NCBI RefSeq assembly: GCF_964204645.1
Contig: NC_134030.1
Location: 14,446,110 to 14,510,109 of the forward strand
Direction: 5' to 3'
DNA: 64,000 bases
From: Tubulanus polymorphus
Lineage: Eukaryota; Animalia; Nemertea
In this document: positions 1 to 12,219 of the stretch, one piece after another
How positions within the stretch are numbered: position 1 is the first letter of the stretch
Layout of the letters: the number at the start of each line of letters is the position of its first letter
Notes under the pieces: model-generated
Database searches by the model: none
The model's input: the letters and a program-made list of their open reading frames with translations, nothing else
What the model was told of the DNA's origin: nothing
Made by a program: the position numbers and the translations under genes

Positions 1-26
1 TCCATAAGAAATATCTAATTACAGAT

Positions 27-239
27 ATGGTTACAGTTACTAATAATTATGGAGATAAATTAGTTATACACTTAGAATATGAAGGATTAAAAGGAAATAC
101 ATATAAATTCAGAACATATTTACCGGATAGATTTCATAGATTATCAAGTGAAGACTTAGAAGAATTATGTTCTGGAGATTTCTATTTCGTATACAAAGGT
201 AAGAATGAAAATGGGCACCATGAAATAGATTTCGAATAA
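27..239 (+). CDS. Polinton hypothetical protein (may extend upstream)
   Basis: ORF with the same orientation and composition as neighbouring Polinton genes; no motif recognised. Confidence 0.45.
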   Translation: MVTVTNNYGDKLVIHLEYEGLKGNTYKFRTYLPDRFHRLSSEDLEELCSGDFYFVYKGKNENGHHEIDFE

Positions 240-256
240 GAAAATATGTAAAATAA

Positions 257-1017
257 ATGGTAGAATTAAAAGAATACAGAATATTTGTTGATTCTAGAAG
301 ACTTACAGATTATAAATCACATAATTTACTAGTACAATTAGATAGAGAATTCAAGAATTGTGTAGATTTAAAATTAGTTAATATAAGTTTATGCAATTCT
401 TTTTATAATATATCGAATAAAACTGTTGAACATAGAGCCTTTTTAATTTTTGATAAAAGTAAAAATGAATGGTCCTCTATATTCTTAAAACCGGGGTTAT
501 ATAATTTAGATACATTAGTACAAGAAATTAATAGAAAAGCCTGGCACAAATTAGGTAGTAGTTCTGGGTTTGGTATTAGATTTTTAAAAAGTGAGAGTTC
601 TGATAGAATAAAGGTAAGGTTGTCTAATAGTGAAAAACATAAATTTATGGTAAAAAGCCTATAGCTAAACTGTTAGGAATTCTTCCAGATAGATCTTTTA
701 CAAATATTGACGCTACTACACCAAACTTAATACCTTACACACATTTTTATATTTATTGCAGTTTAATCGATCCTACAAAAACATTCGAAGCAACTAAAGA
801 TATAACTTGTAATTCTGGTTTACTAAACATTTTACAATTGAAGAATGTTAAAGAATTTGGAACGCAAATAAATTATAATTTAACAGAATGTGATTTCAAA
901 CCATGCATTCCTCATTTTAATAATTTTAGATTAGAAATTAGAAATCATAATGGATACTTAATTGATTTAAATAATTTCCCTGTAATTTATGAATTAGTTA
1001 TAAGATGTAGAGAGTAA
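257..1017 (+). pseudogene. Minor capsid protein (penton), frameshifted near 660
   Basis: N-terminal part IFVDSR...NSFYNIS...PGLYN continues in another frame as LAKLLG...FYIYCSLI...LEIRNHNGYLIDLNNFPVIYEL, ending at TAA 1015-1017. This is the typical Polinton penton pattern. Confidence 0.8.
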
Positions 1018-1034
1018 TTTTTTTCACTATATAA

Positions 1035-1373
1035 ATGAATATAACTGTTGGACCGAGTATATGTTTTGGGTTTGATTTTAAACATGGTAAAGAAATAAGA
1101 ATTAAACTAAATGATGTAATTACTGATATAAAAAGTAAATCATTTAACAATGCACCAATGATTGATAAAGAAAATTATAATATAGAAAAAGTAATTGATT
1201 TAATTAAAACGCCTTTAGAATATTATGAATTAAATGAAGATGGAATTATTGATGATATTAAAAACATATTAACGAAAATATATGATAATCATGAAAGTAG
1301 TAATGAAATAAATGTTGAATTAATCATAAATAAGTTAACTAAATATTTTGATGATAGTAATTTTTTTGAGTGA
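1035..1373 (+). CDS. Polinton hypothetical protein
   Basis: Starts at the recurrent ATAAATG motif; no recognisable domain. Confidence 0.55.
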   Translation: MNITVGPSICFGFDFKHGKEIRIKLNDVITDIKSKSFNNAPMIDKENYNIEKVIDLIKTPLEYYELNEDGIIDDIKNILTKIYDNHESSNEINVELIINKLTKYFDDSNFFE

Positions 1374-1587
1374 TAATAAGTGGATAATAACTGGATTATA
1401 TAATGGAGCATTACTATCAGTTGGAACTGTTGGTTATTCAATGGTATTAAAAAAAGTATTCAAAATGGGAAGTGTTAATGTTGATAGATTTGATATAAAT
1501 GATATTTTAAAATTAACATTAGCAGTTACTTTATCTAATTTAACTATTGATTATTTGGAAAAACAAAAATATATTCCTCCCATATAA
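1348..1587 (+). CDS. Small hydrophobic Polinton protein (start uncertain)
   Basis: Two hydrophobic/amphipathic helices (GLYNGALLSVGTVGYSMV; DILKLTLAVTLSNLTIDYL), similar to small proteins in invertebrate Polinton structural modules. Confidence 0.55.
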   Translation: MMIVIFLSDNKWIITGLYNGALLSVGTVGYSMVLKKVFKMGSVNVDRFDINDILKLTLAVTLSNLTIDYLEKQKYIPPI

Positions 1588-1611
1588 ATGCGTAATTATT
1601 TTACTAAATAA

Positions 1612-2034
1612 ATGGCTTCTGCAGTTATAACTATAATAGAATCGGCAATTGTTAACGCTTTGGCATTTACTGGTGGTGGATATTTATTTAAACATATTGA
1701 TGAAAATAGTTCATTAGGAGAACAAAGAAGACATAACTTAGCATTAGAGAAATACAATAAAGCTGCAGAAGAATATAGTGAAAAGAGGCAAAACTATATG
1801 GATTATATTAACAAGGAATTATATGATCAGAAGATTTCACATAGAGATTTTCAATTAGTTGATGATGCAATGAGTTTATATAACGCGGTAACCAATAAAG
1901 AAAAATTACATCTATACAAACCTAAATTATCAGATTATTATACCCCAAGTAAAGAACAACAGAAATATGAAATAATTTGGATTTTAGGTGGAACAGTTAT
2001 TGTTATATTTGTAGCACATAAATTTACTAATTAG
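1612..2034 (+). CDS. Polinton membrane-associated protein (N-terminal amphipathic helix, coiled coil, C-terminal TM)
   Basis: ATAAATG start; AIVNALAFTGGGYLF N-terminus; C-terminal IIWILGGTVIVIFVA. Confidence 0.65.
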   Translation: MASAVITIIESAIVNALAFTGGGYLFKHIDENSSLGEQRRHNLALEKYNKAAEEYSEKRQNYMDYINKELYDQKISHRDFQLVDDAMSLYNAVTNKEKLHLYKPKLSDYYTPSKEQQKYEIIWILGGTVIVIFVAHKFTN

Positions 2035-2053
2035 TAATTTTTTTTCTAAATAA

Positions 2054-2422
2054 ATGGAAGATAAAGTTGATAGTATTGATATCATTCCTCATGATATAAA
2101 TAAAACTAAATTAAAAATATATTTAGGAAAACAAATATTAGAATTTGAAAGTGACTTAAAAGTTAAAAAGAAAAAATATTTAAAATCTAAAATTATATAT
2201 TATCTTATTATCAGTGGTTCAGTTACAATTAGTTCTGTAACATTTTTAGCAATATTCAGTCCATTAACACCTTTAGCTATATCAATTGGCGTATTAGGAT
2301 TAAGTTCAAGTGTTTTAACTGGTATAAGTTCAAAATTAAATATAAAAAGTAATAAAGAAAAAATTAAAACTAATTTAAAAGAAATTAATAAATTAAAGAA
2401 CACACTAGATTATATGGTCTAG
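2054..2422 (+). CDS. Polinton two-TM protein (probably truncated by a premature stop)
   Basis: ATAAATG start; hydrophobic hairpin followed by a basic coiled coil. Confidence 0.55.
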   Translation: MEDKVDSIDIIPHDINKTKLKIYLGKQILEFESDLKVKKKKYLKSKIIYYLIISGSVTISSVTFLAIFSPLTPLAISIGVLGLSSSVLTGISSKLNIKSNKEKIKTNLKEINKLKNTLDYMV

Positions 2423-2502
2423 TTTAAATGGACATATAACAGTTGAAGAACAAGATAAATTATTAAAAGAATTAATGAATTATTAATTTTTTAATTATAT
2501 AA

Positions 2503-3914
2503 ATGGTAGATAGTTTTCCAAAAGCTTTCCAATATAATAAATCAATTAAATATAATATTCCAGCAATAGATTTTGATAAAGATATTACATATAGAAATGA
2601 AGTTTTAGATTCATTAACTAATTTAGAAATTTATGTTACTGAAACTAATAATTTCAATTCAAGATGGAAAATATATTTCATGTATATTTAATTAAATTTA
2701 TAAAATTGAAAGATGAAAAACAATGGTTATTAAAATCTAATATGAAGTATTGGCAGAACCAATTAAATTTTGCTGTTTATTGTGCAACAACAGGTTGTGG
2801 AATTAGTTGGAATGATCATTTGAATAATTCTAAATATAAATTAATTCAAAGTTTATTTAGATTTCATAAATACTTTCAAATAAGAATAATATTAAATGAA
2901 TTAGAGTGCGCTTTACCAGGATCTAGGTATTTTAAAGAATTAGATAATAATATTAATTTATCAAAGTTTTATAAAATTTGTAATGAATTTAATATAGATA
3001 TAAATAATTCTGATTTTAGAACAAAAATTGGAACAATAAGATCACTTCCTTGCCCTAAAAAGATTGCAGAATATTGTGCACTTCCCATACCATCTAATTA
3101 TATCTTTTATATTATTTATTACATCTTTTATAATAGCTATAATAATAAATTAGGTAATGGTAAAATAGAAACTAAGGATTTAGAAACATTAATTTTCAAT
3201 AAATTACCGAAATTTTATGATAATTTAAAACAAGAAAACAATAATGGTTGGGTTTATTTCATTTTAGAAAATAATGAAGGTTTTACAAAATCAGGTATAC
3301 AAAGAATAAATCAATCTATTAGAACTTATTTGATATGTATTCTAGGTGCACAAGTTGAAACAAGATCACCGATAATTTGAAATTTGAATACATCATTCGA
3401 TACACAAAAACAATTTAAAGTTTTATTTGAAGATTCCAAACATAATGATAAAAATAGATCGATTCCAGAAAACATTGTAAGATATCAAAATTATTTAGAT
3501 AAATCACATATTCGATTAAATTATTGTATAGGCCCTAATCTATTAATTATTTCTAATGATTTAGTATTAAAGATGGGAAATATAATTGGTTATAATAATC
3601 TAATTAAAACTGCAACAATAAATAATTCATTTGGGTTAAATGATATAAATAAAAAGATTATTACTGCTCCAAAATTAATGGAAGGTGAAAACAATAAAAA
3701 ACATATTCAATCAACAGAAACTAAAACTATGAATATTAAATTGAATAATGATTCTAAAATAAAAGATTACAATACATCAGAAAATATAAAAACTGATATT
3801 ATTCAACATGATATAATTAAACTAAATGATGATAATAAATCCCATGAAAATGCTAAATTAGCTTTAACTTGTATAGGAATTGTAATCGGAGGAATATTAT
3901 ATTTTAAATTTTAA
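2503..3914 (+). pseudogene. Polinton conserved uncharacterised protein, broken into three ORFs
   Basis: ATAAATG at 2503; frameshift near 2670; in-frame TGA at 3378-3380. Contains YWQNQLNFAVYCATTGCGIS and RINQSIRTYLICILGAQ blocks and a C-terminal TM. Confidence 0.6.
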
Positions 3915-3930
3915 TTTTTTTATTATGTAA

Positions 3931-5395
3931 ATGGATGTAGGTGGAGAAGATATTGGAATGGATAATTTTGATGAACCTGGCATAACTGATGAACAACAAC
4001 CTGAATTTAGTGAAAGAAGTTTTAATGATGGTAATGAGCCAGAATATAATAATAATTAAAATATGCCTGATTATATTAAAAATGCAGAATCACAATTAAA
4101 TCCTGAAAATTTAGACCCAGATTTAGTAAAACAAGATTTAGATAATTTAAACAAAATACCTAAATTAGAAGATTTAATTGAAAAATCTGAACTTAACATA
4201 AATGATGAAGACGTTGGACTTTTAGCAGATCAATTAAAATTTTTAGATAATGGTAAATGTTATTATCGTTGAAAGGTGATTATTATATTGATATCACTTC
4301 TAAAAATAATAAAAAAATATTAGCGGAATCAACTTTGAAAAGTTTAAAACCAGATAAAATTAAAATAATAAGTAATAGTAATGAAATAACTGATGTTACA
4401 CAAAAAGAAATAGATGATAATATAGACGTATTTAAACAAAGAATTAATGAATTATTTGAAATAATCAAAAAGAAATCAGAAACAGAAACAACTTCTGAAC
4501 AGAATATAACTTCCAAAAATAGTAAACTTAAATCAAATAAAGTTCCAATTGAAAAACTTTTACCGAATGGATTACTTGATGCAACAGATCAAGAATTAGA
4601 AGATTTAGATATATTTTCTGATAAAGCAATTAGAGAAATTATTAGAATAAGACTTGCATCTGATAAAATTGCGCATGATAAAAGTATAAGAGATTTTAAA
4701 ATTAGAACTTTGGAAAAAGACAGAACTGATAAAATTAAAGAAATAGAACAATTAAAATTAGATAGAGATAATAAAGTTATTGAAGAAATTGAATTTAAAA
4801 AAAGAAATGCATATTTAGAAAAAGAAATTGATGATTTAGAATATAACATAGAATTACAAAAAGAAGAAATTAAATTATTATTAAAATCATATGATTATAA
4901 TATTAATAGATTAAAAGTTATTTTTAAAGATTTGTTAATAAAACCAAATTCTGACATATCATTGAAAGATAGAATAAAATTATTATTTAAATTAGAAGGA
5001 ATAACAATTCTTTCAATTCTAACAGCTTACTTACAGTACTTACAGTTACTATGTTATTTACAACAATTGGTTTAGCAATATCAAATGCTTTAAAATCTAC
5101 TCCTACTCCAAATAAACCAGATAAACCCCCAGGTAATAATTCTATACAAGATAAAGTTAAAGATGGTTTAAAGAAATTAGCAAAATATTTATGGGAACTA
5201 TCTAAAAAATCTGCTGCAGCTTTACCAGGAATTATTGCATCAATTGTTGGTTTTATATTGAAATCTGCTGGGAATATTCTTAACTATGCTGCTGAACATA
5301 TTATTTTATTTTTAATTACAGTTGTAAGTGCAATTATTTTTCGGTTAGTGAATATGATATCAAAAAGATATCAAGAAAAAAATAATAAAAAATAA
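3931..5395 (+). pseudogene. Polinton coiled-coil/membrane protein upstream of MCP, disrupted
   Basis: TAAATG at 3931; fragments 4063-4272, 4257-5075 and 5051-5395 overlap at frameshifts; hydrophobic C-terminus. Confidence 0.55.
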
Positions 5396-5419
5396 ATAAT
5401 TAATTTTTTTGTTAAATAA

Positions 5420-6671
5420 ATGAGTGGGAGTTATTTCAATCCTTCTAAGATTTCTAGAATATCTAATGCTATTAAAGCAGAAAGATCACATCATATAATT
5501 ACACATAATCCTTCTAATATTAATCCTGATGAAACTTTATATGTTAGAATTCCTAGATTAACACAAAATACTTTTTATGTTCCAAATAGTATTTATTTAT
5601 CAGCTGATATAAAAGTAACTGGCCATGATAACAATTATGTTGTTGATAATGTTGGAAGGTATTTGATTAAAAAGTTAACTATAAAGATTGGTCCAGAAAC
5701 AGTTTTCTCATTAGATGATTATAATTTATTTATGCATTATAAAGATTTATGGTTAACTAAAGAAAATAGAAATAATATGATATTTCAGGGTATTCAATCG
5801 GAAAACCATAATAAATTAAGATCTGAAGCCAATAATGCAGTAGTAACTAATGCTGTAGATAATTTGATTAAAAAGATTTATGGATGCAAATATAAAATTC
5901 CATTAGACTTTGAATTGATAAATAATAATGCACCTTTATATAAATATGTAATTCAAGAAGATATTATATTTGAGATAACATTTGCTCCTTCCTGTAAATG
6001 AAATTGTATTATCTAGCGTTGTTAAAGATATGGGTTATAAATTATCGAATATATGTTTAGAATATGACACAGTAACTAATGAAAATATTGCTAGCACAAT
6101 TCAAACTCAATACAATCAAGGATTTTCATTATTATATGATTATATTGATAAATTTAAAACTGTAACTATTAATGTAAATGATGAAATTATTAATGAGAAT
6201 ATTAACTTCCCAAGAAGATCTATTAAAGGTATATTAATATTTTTTACCATTGCAACATATTCTAATGGTGCAATACAGGTTGATAAGTATTATAATCCTG
6301 AAATAACAAAAGTAGAAATAACTATCGAAGGAATAGCAAATAAAATATTTTGTCAAGGAATGAGAATGATAGATCAATGGCCAGAAATTAGAAAACATTT
6401 TATGAATGAAAAAGTAAAATCATTTGAAAATTGTAATATTAATCAAATTGATTATTATACCGGTAATAAATATGCATTATGGTTAGATTTTAGAACAACA
6501 GAGGATAATTCATTACATGGTTCTGGGAAAAAATTACAAAACACTGAAGATGGAATACAATTATTCATGACAAAGAAAAAAGGAAGTCTAAATTTTAAAA
6601 TGCACATTTATATTATATCTGACGCGCAATTAAATATTGTAAATTCTCAATTAAATAGTGTTATGTATTAG
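5420..6671 (+). pseudogene. Major capsid protein (double jelly-roll), single frameshift near 5990
   Basis: About 416 aa when joined. Motifs HNPSNINPDETLYVRIP, YKIPLDFE, YKLSNICLEYD, INFPRRSIKGIL, YNPEITKVEITIEG, LWLDFRT..DNSLHGSG and ISDAQLNI match invertebrate Polinton MCPs. Confidence 0.85.
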
Positions 6672-6703
6672 AATTTTAACTTTAATAAATATTTATTATA
6701 TAA

Positions 6704-7829
6704 ATGGAAGGTGGAATATATGAAATACAAACTCCAAGTGAAATGATATCAGATATATATTATATATTACCTTATGATGAATACATTAAGTATTTTGGAG
6801 ATTACTTTAATCAATTCAAATATAGAATAAGTAAAATAAAAGATAATATTGAAACTAAAATAGAAAATTATATTGAAACTAAAATAGAAGATAAGAATGA
6901 TATTGAATATAAAATAGAAGATAATATTGAAACTAAAATAGAAGATGTAACAGCATCTACATCTTATAATATACCCTCTACATATGATATTGAATCAAAA
7001 AAAGATTATTATAATCCAAAATATTGTGTGTAAGAAATATATATCATATAAAAATTGGGCATCACATAAGAAATCAAAGAAACATATAGAAAAAGAAAAG
7101 AATAATAATGATAATAATATATCAGTTAGTAATATAAAAGATAATGTTAACCCAATTGAAACTAATGATACCATAGATAATATAACAGATAATGTAATAG
7201 ATAATGTTAACCCAATTGAAACTAATGATAATGATATAACAGATAATGAAATAATTGATGATTCTAAAAAACATTGTAACATTTGTAATTTAGATATTTC
7301 TAAAAGTAATTTTTCTAAACATAAAAAATCTAAGGGGCACATAGAAAATGAAAAAGAATTAATATGTGATTATTGTAATAAAGAAAATGAACCTGTTGAT
7401 AAAATTACTCATTATAAATCAAAATTACATCTAATTAATGTTTATAAAAGAGTGGGTATGTTACCATTGTTAGATGAACCAAAGAAATATATCAAATATT
7501 TTAATCCTGAAACTAAACAATATCATATATTCTTTAAGTTGTTATTTGATAAATTATTAGCTTATGCAGAAGATAATCCTGACCAAATATATACATTAGC
7601 GTATAATGGACACCTAGATTTATTTAATTTATTAAATGATTTTGAATTTGATTTTGATGGTGATAATTCTAATGATTACTTTGAAAAATTAAGAATAAAA
7701 GCTGGATTAAGTGATGATGAACGTAGAATGAAGGATGAAATAGAATTAATAAATATGCCAAAGACTTCTGATGAATTTGATATAAACAAAGATGATTTTA
7801 TAAATGTATTAGAAACAAAATTAGAATAA
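6704..7829 (+). pseudogene. Multi zinc-finger protein (CxxC...HxKSKxH repeats), frameshifted near 7010
   Basis: Three CxxC-x9/10-H(K/Y)KSKxH units; internal tandem repeats (KIEDNIET; DNVNPIETND). Confidence 0.6.
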
Positions 7830-7862
7830 TTATTATAAAACTATTTATATATATGTAAAAAT

Positions 7863-8125
7863 ATTTATATATCTATGCACTAGACGTATGAGTAAGAAAG
7901 TAAGAACCCAAGAATCCTTGCCAAGAAATATAAATCATAAACATAAATTATAAACATAAATTATAAACATAAATTATAAACATAGTTTTAATATATAATT
8001 TATTCATTATTATATATTTCATTTAATAATTCATATTTCTACCGAATCCAAGATTCTTGCCAAGAAAGTAAAAAGGTAAGAATCTTACTTTCTTACTCGT
8101 ACGTTTAGTACATAGATATATAAAT
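7863..8125. repeat. 43-bp inverted repeat enclosing short direct and tandem repeats, between convergent genes
   Basis: 7863-7905 matches the reverse complement of 8083-8125 with 3 mismatches; about three copies of TAAACATAAATTA lie inside. Confidence 0.8.
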
Positions 8126-8156
8126 TAGTTTCTATAATATTCCAAATTATAAATAG

Positions 8157-8768
8157 TTATTTTATAAATTTATATTCATAGGGAAATTGAAGTCTCAGTA
8201 ATAATTTTGAAACTTTATTATTCTTTAATTTATTCATATATTCATCATGTAATTCAGTAGGTATAATTTGATTTTCTTCCAATGATTGTTGCATAGATTT
8301 TCTATCTTTGTTATAAAATAAAACTAGAAATCTTATATTCTCCCTAAAGTCTTTAACAATTGAATGATATTTTTGATTTAAAACCCATGTTGTTATCCCC
8401 AAATGTCTGCCAGAAAAAGCTAAATAGCATAACTCACTTTCTCTCACTTTTGAATCATGTAAATTAGCGCAATCATCTACAATGAATAATGTATTTGATC
8501 CTTTATAAGTATCAATTGCTATTTTTATACAATTATCTAAATTTTCTTTTACTGTTTTAGGATCTAATATAATAAACTTTTTTATCTTAACTATATCTCT
8601 ATTATATGTTTTATTCATTTCATAAGTAGGACAAAATAATATTATATTATCAAAATGATTCTTATAAATAGTTTCTAACAAATCTAATATGAAATGTGTT
8701 TTACCACAGTTTGTTACACCAGTAACTAACATATTTTGCGGTTCAAATATAAATAAATCTTTATTCAT
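8157..8768 (-). CDS. A32/FtsK-like DNA packaging ATPase
   Basis: Walker A GVTNCGKT, Walker B FIVDD, the GRH motif and downstream Q. ORF intact. Confidence 0.92.
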   Translation of the reverse strand: MNKDLFIFEPQNMLVTGVTNCGKTHFILDLLETIYKNHFDNIILFCPTYEMNKTYNRDIVKIKKFIILDPKTVKENLDNCIKIAIDTYKGSNTLFIVDDCANLHDSKVRESELCYLAFSGRHLGITTWVLNQKYHSIVKDFRENIRFLVLFYNKDRKSMQQSLEENQIIPTELHDEYMNKLKNNKVSKLLLRLQFPYEYKFIK

Positions 8769-9818
8769 TTATTCTTTTAATTTTACTAGATAAAATCCAT
8801 TCATTAAATTTATCTTCATATCCTTTATATTTCACCAAAGAATACTTTTTTCCTTTAAGAGTTTTTGTTTTCAATACTTTTTCTATTTTGTATTCTATTT
8901 CATCTGGGTTTGGTACAAGTGATAATTCTTGTTCATAGAAATAACCTAATATTTCTTCATCTTTTAGATCTTCTAATTTATAAACAAATGGTTTAGTTAA
9001 TATTATCTTTTTGATTTTAAATATTTCTTCAGTAAAATTTGGAGGAGTATAACCCTTATAAAATGTTTTTCTATATTTAGATATTCTAACATGTTGTCCA
9101 ATTTTAAATCTAGGTTCACCGAAATCAAATGCTCCGTATAAATTATTCCAAACTATTTCTGAATTATCTTCTTTTCTAGCTTGTATAGGTTTCATATTTA
9201 TAGAACTATGTTTAGAATTATTATAACCTTTCACTAAATCATCTAATATATTTATAGACTCATCGATATATTTATATGTTTCATTAGCAGTAAAATATTT
9301 CTACATTCTAGTTTTCAATGTTTTATTAAATCTTTCTATAATAGATGCTTTTTTATCTGAATGTGTTGAAAAATAATCTACATCGTTATCAGATAATAGT
9401 TTTTTGAAATGTTTGTTATGAAATTCCTTACCTTCATCAAATTGTATCTTATCTGGAATAGCTTCTTTAAATATAGATTTAAAAGCATTTGTCACTTCTA
9501 TTCCAGTTTTATTTTTGAGTATAACATTCAGTGTCCAGAAATATCCTTTGTTGTATTCTTCTAAGTTCTTCATGTCAATTAAATCTGCTTGCCATTGTTG
9601 ATCGATATATGAAACCATAACTTTTCTTGTTAAATAAGTTTTATCCATTTTCTTGTGGATTTGATAAGTTGGTTGATTTTGTAACCATGATTTTAATTCA
9701 CTATATTTTATACCACCATAATCAGATTTAATTTTATTCCATAATTCTGAAACGTTAGAATATGATACTTCACTTTCTGGGTTATAATATAAATCTCTTA
9801 AATATTGTTCTTTTTCAT
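8761..9818 (-). pseudogene. Polinton retroviral-like integrase with C-terminal chromodomain
   Basis: ATG at 9818; QWQADLIDM, IQFDEGKEF, KASIIERFNKTLK; C-terminal YKIEKVLK...LVKYKGY..KFNEWI. Frameshift near 9650 and stop at 9301. Confidence 0.9.
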
Positions 9819-9824
9819 CTTATT

Positions 9825-10196
9825 TTAATCCATTAATAATAATTTGGATTTAGTTTCAATGACTTTATGATTTGACTTATTTTCTAGTATGATAGGTTTA
9901 TTATCATTGGAATCATTATTGTTATAATCAGATTTATACTTATATTTATATATTACACCAGATAATATAATAATTGTGATTAACCCAATTGTAATATATA
10001 AGTAATTATTTCTTCCACTATTAGAAGAATTAGATGGATTATTATTTGAATTAATATCAGATAAAGTCTGTGATTCATTTATATCAGTTAATTTCTTTTT
10101 CTTAGCTTTTTTTAATTCTGAAGATCTTTTACCTAATTCTCTTGCCCATTTAATTTGTTTCTCGGATCTAGCCTTTTTCTTAACTCCATCACTCAT
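9825..10196 (-). CDS. Polinton basic protein with one TM helix
   Basis: ATAAATG start; RSEKQIKWARELG motif; TM YLYITIGLITIIILSGVIY. Confidence 0.6.
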   Translation of the reverse strand: MSDGVKKKARSEKQIKWARELGKRSSELKKAKKKKLTDINESQTLSDINSNNNPSNSSNSGRNNYLYITIGLITIIILSGVIYKYKYKSDYNNNDSNDNKPIILENKSNHKVIETKSKLLLMD

Positions 10197-10578
10197 TTAT
10201 TTTAGTTAATTTTTGTTCTGATTCATTTTCTGTTTCGACGTTTGGTTGTAGTACATCTGTTTCGTCATTACGTGATTTATATTCCATAGGCTTGATGTTC
10301 GAAAATGTTATGACGCCAGTAGAAATTAATGTCATAACCGATCCGGGTTTCATAGCATCTAATTCTTGAAAAGTAATTATTTTTCCCAAGAAATCCTTAG
10401 ATTTCCCGCCAGCAATTAATAATTCAAGATGATGCTTACAATATAAATAGTATTCATAATCTATATTACAATTAACTTGAGCACAATTAGTTACAACTGT
10501 ATCTTTATTATCACTTATACCCAAATCATCTAATGTCTTTTCAATATCAATACTATTCTTATTAGATTTCTTTGACAT
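10189..10578 (-). CDS. Polinton hypothetical protein
   Basis: ATAAATG start; its stop overlaps the next gene start. Confidence 0.55.
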   Translation of the reverse strand: MSKKSNKNSIDIEKTLDDLGISDNKDTVVTNCAQVNCNIDYEYYLYCKHHLELLIAGGKSKDFLGKIITFQELDAMKPGSVMTLISTGVITFSNIKPMEYKSRNDETDVLQPNVETENESEQKLTKINE

Positions 10579-10991
10579 TTATATAGGATAAAAATAGCAA
10601 GAAAAATATAATAAGTATTCTTCAAATGATACTAGTATCTCTTTGGCGTTAATACTAAATTGACTAGGTCAGTTAAAGTTAAAGAATTTCTATTCAAATC
10701 TATTCAAAATCTATTCAATCTAATGTCAATTAGAATTACCAAAAGAAAATATTAAAAATATAATAGAATTCACTCGCTAGTTGAAGTTATTGTTTTTTTA
10801 TTATATTTTATTTAAATTAGGATTTAGATTATCTCACTACTATTGTTTATCTATAGGAGCAGTAACTATAACTGTCCAAATAAGCCATTTCGGATTCTCG
10901 ATAATAAATCCTAAAACTGAAAATAAATTCAAAGAAACGACTGGTGGAAATATTATTTCATAAACACATATATTTATTATGTAAATTTTAG

Positions 10992-11332
10992 CGATCGATA
11001 ATAGAACAATGGAGAACAATAGAAATGCGGTCCAATCGGACCGGTTATTGCGCAATACACAGTTATATTTTTATTCTGTAAACTACAACATTCAAACATA
11101 GAACTGTAACCAATCAGTATTGAGCAGCTGTTTCAGTCAACAACGATCAATAATAGAACAATGGAGAACAATAGAAATGCGGTCCAATCGGACCGGTTAT
11201 TGCGCAATACACAGTTAACAGTAAACAATCAATACAGAACAACCGCCGCCATTAACAACGATCAATAATAGAACAATGGAGAACAATAGAAAAGCGGTTC
11301 AATCGGACCGGTTATTGCGCAATACTTAGTTA
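10992..11332. repeat. Three 74-bp direct repeats containing palindromes
   Basis: Copies at 10992-11065, 11144-11217 and 11259-11332. Each contains CGGTCC-AATC-GGACCG (one substitution in copy 3) and TATTGCGCAATA. Confidence 0.9.
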
Positions 11333-11414
11333 ACAGTAAACAATACAATATTAAAACAGATATATACAATCGAGATTACATTTTTTGATATCTATATTAC
11401 ACAGACCTTCAGTA

Positions 11415-11881
11415 TTATAATTTTATCCAGAATTCTTTAATTACTGGATTGTTTCCAATCATTTCTTCAATTTCTGGTAAATATCTGACTACTTCACTAA
11501 ATGCTAATCCTAATATTTTGAATTTTTCATATTTTATTTATCTACCTACTCTTCTCAGTTTTCTTTCAAAACCAGCACTGATATCTCCACTCATTTTCTT
11601 AGTTTTCGATTCTTTGAGTCCCAACAGCAATTTAAGTCGCGTTGCTGGTAATTTTGGTAATTTTAGTTCGCGCGGTAATTGTTTATTATGTATTACATCA
11701 CTCAGAATTTTCACCATTTCTTGATGATAGTCCAAATGTTCTTGTAATTTTGTGAAGTTTGTTCGTCAATTACGAGAGTTTTATCCTCCATTTCTATTGA
11801 TTCCTGTGTTTCACTATCTATCGTTTCTGGTTCCTCATCCGTTGGTTGACTTGGAATTTCTGGTTCATCTTTGTGTTCCAT
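11415..11881 (-). pseudogene. Polinton hypothetical gene, disrupted
   Basis: MEHKDEPEIPSQP... from 11881; shifts frame into ORF 11538-11735 and reads past a stop to ...KEFWIKL. Confidence 0.45.
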
Positions 11882-12219
11882 TTTAATCTAAAAGATGTCG
11901 TGAAAATGAATTACTGTACTTAAATATGTTTAAAGGTTTCCCTACTTCATAATATATGTACTTACACTTAGATTTAGAACTGTAAACTGTGTTTTGAGAG
12001 AGAATATCCAATACGTACTATGTATGTGAAAGTTGATTTCTAACTGCCGACGTGGCGCACGTTCGACCAAACTAATTACTTCTGCACAGATGTTCTTTAT
12101 GATGAAGTTAATTATTTCTTTAGAATTGAAAACAAGATATATTTGGCAACATATGTTTTAGTAGTAAGCAAAAGCTATGTATTATAGACATACAAAGCTC
12201 AAATAGAATTGCCAGCTTT

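Noticed and set aside
10992-11332. CRISPR-like or coding repeat (ORF 10840-11055)
   Set aside because: Units of 74 bp are too long, spacers are unequal and partly homologous, and no reading frame stays open across the copies.
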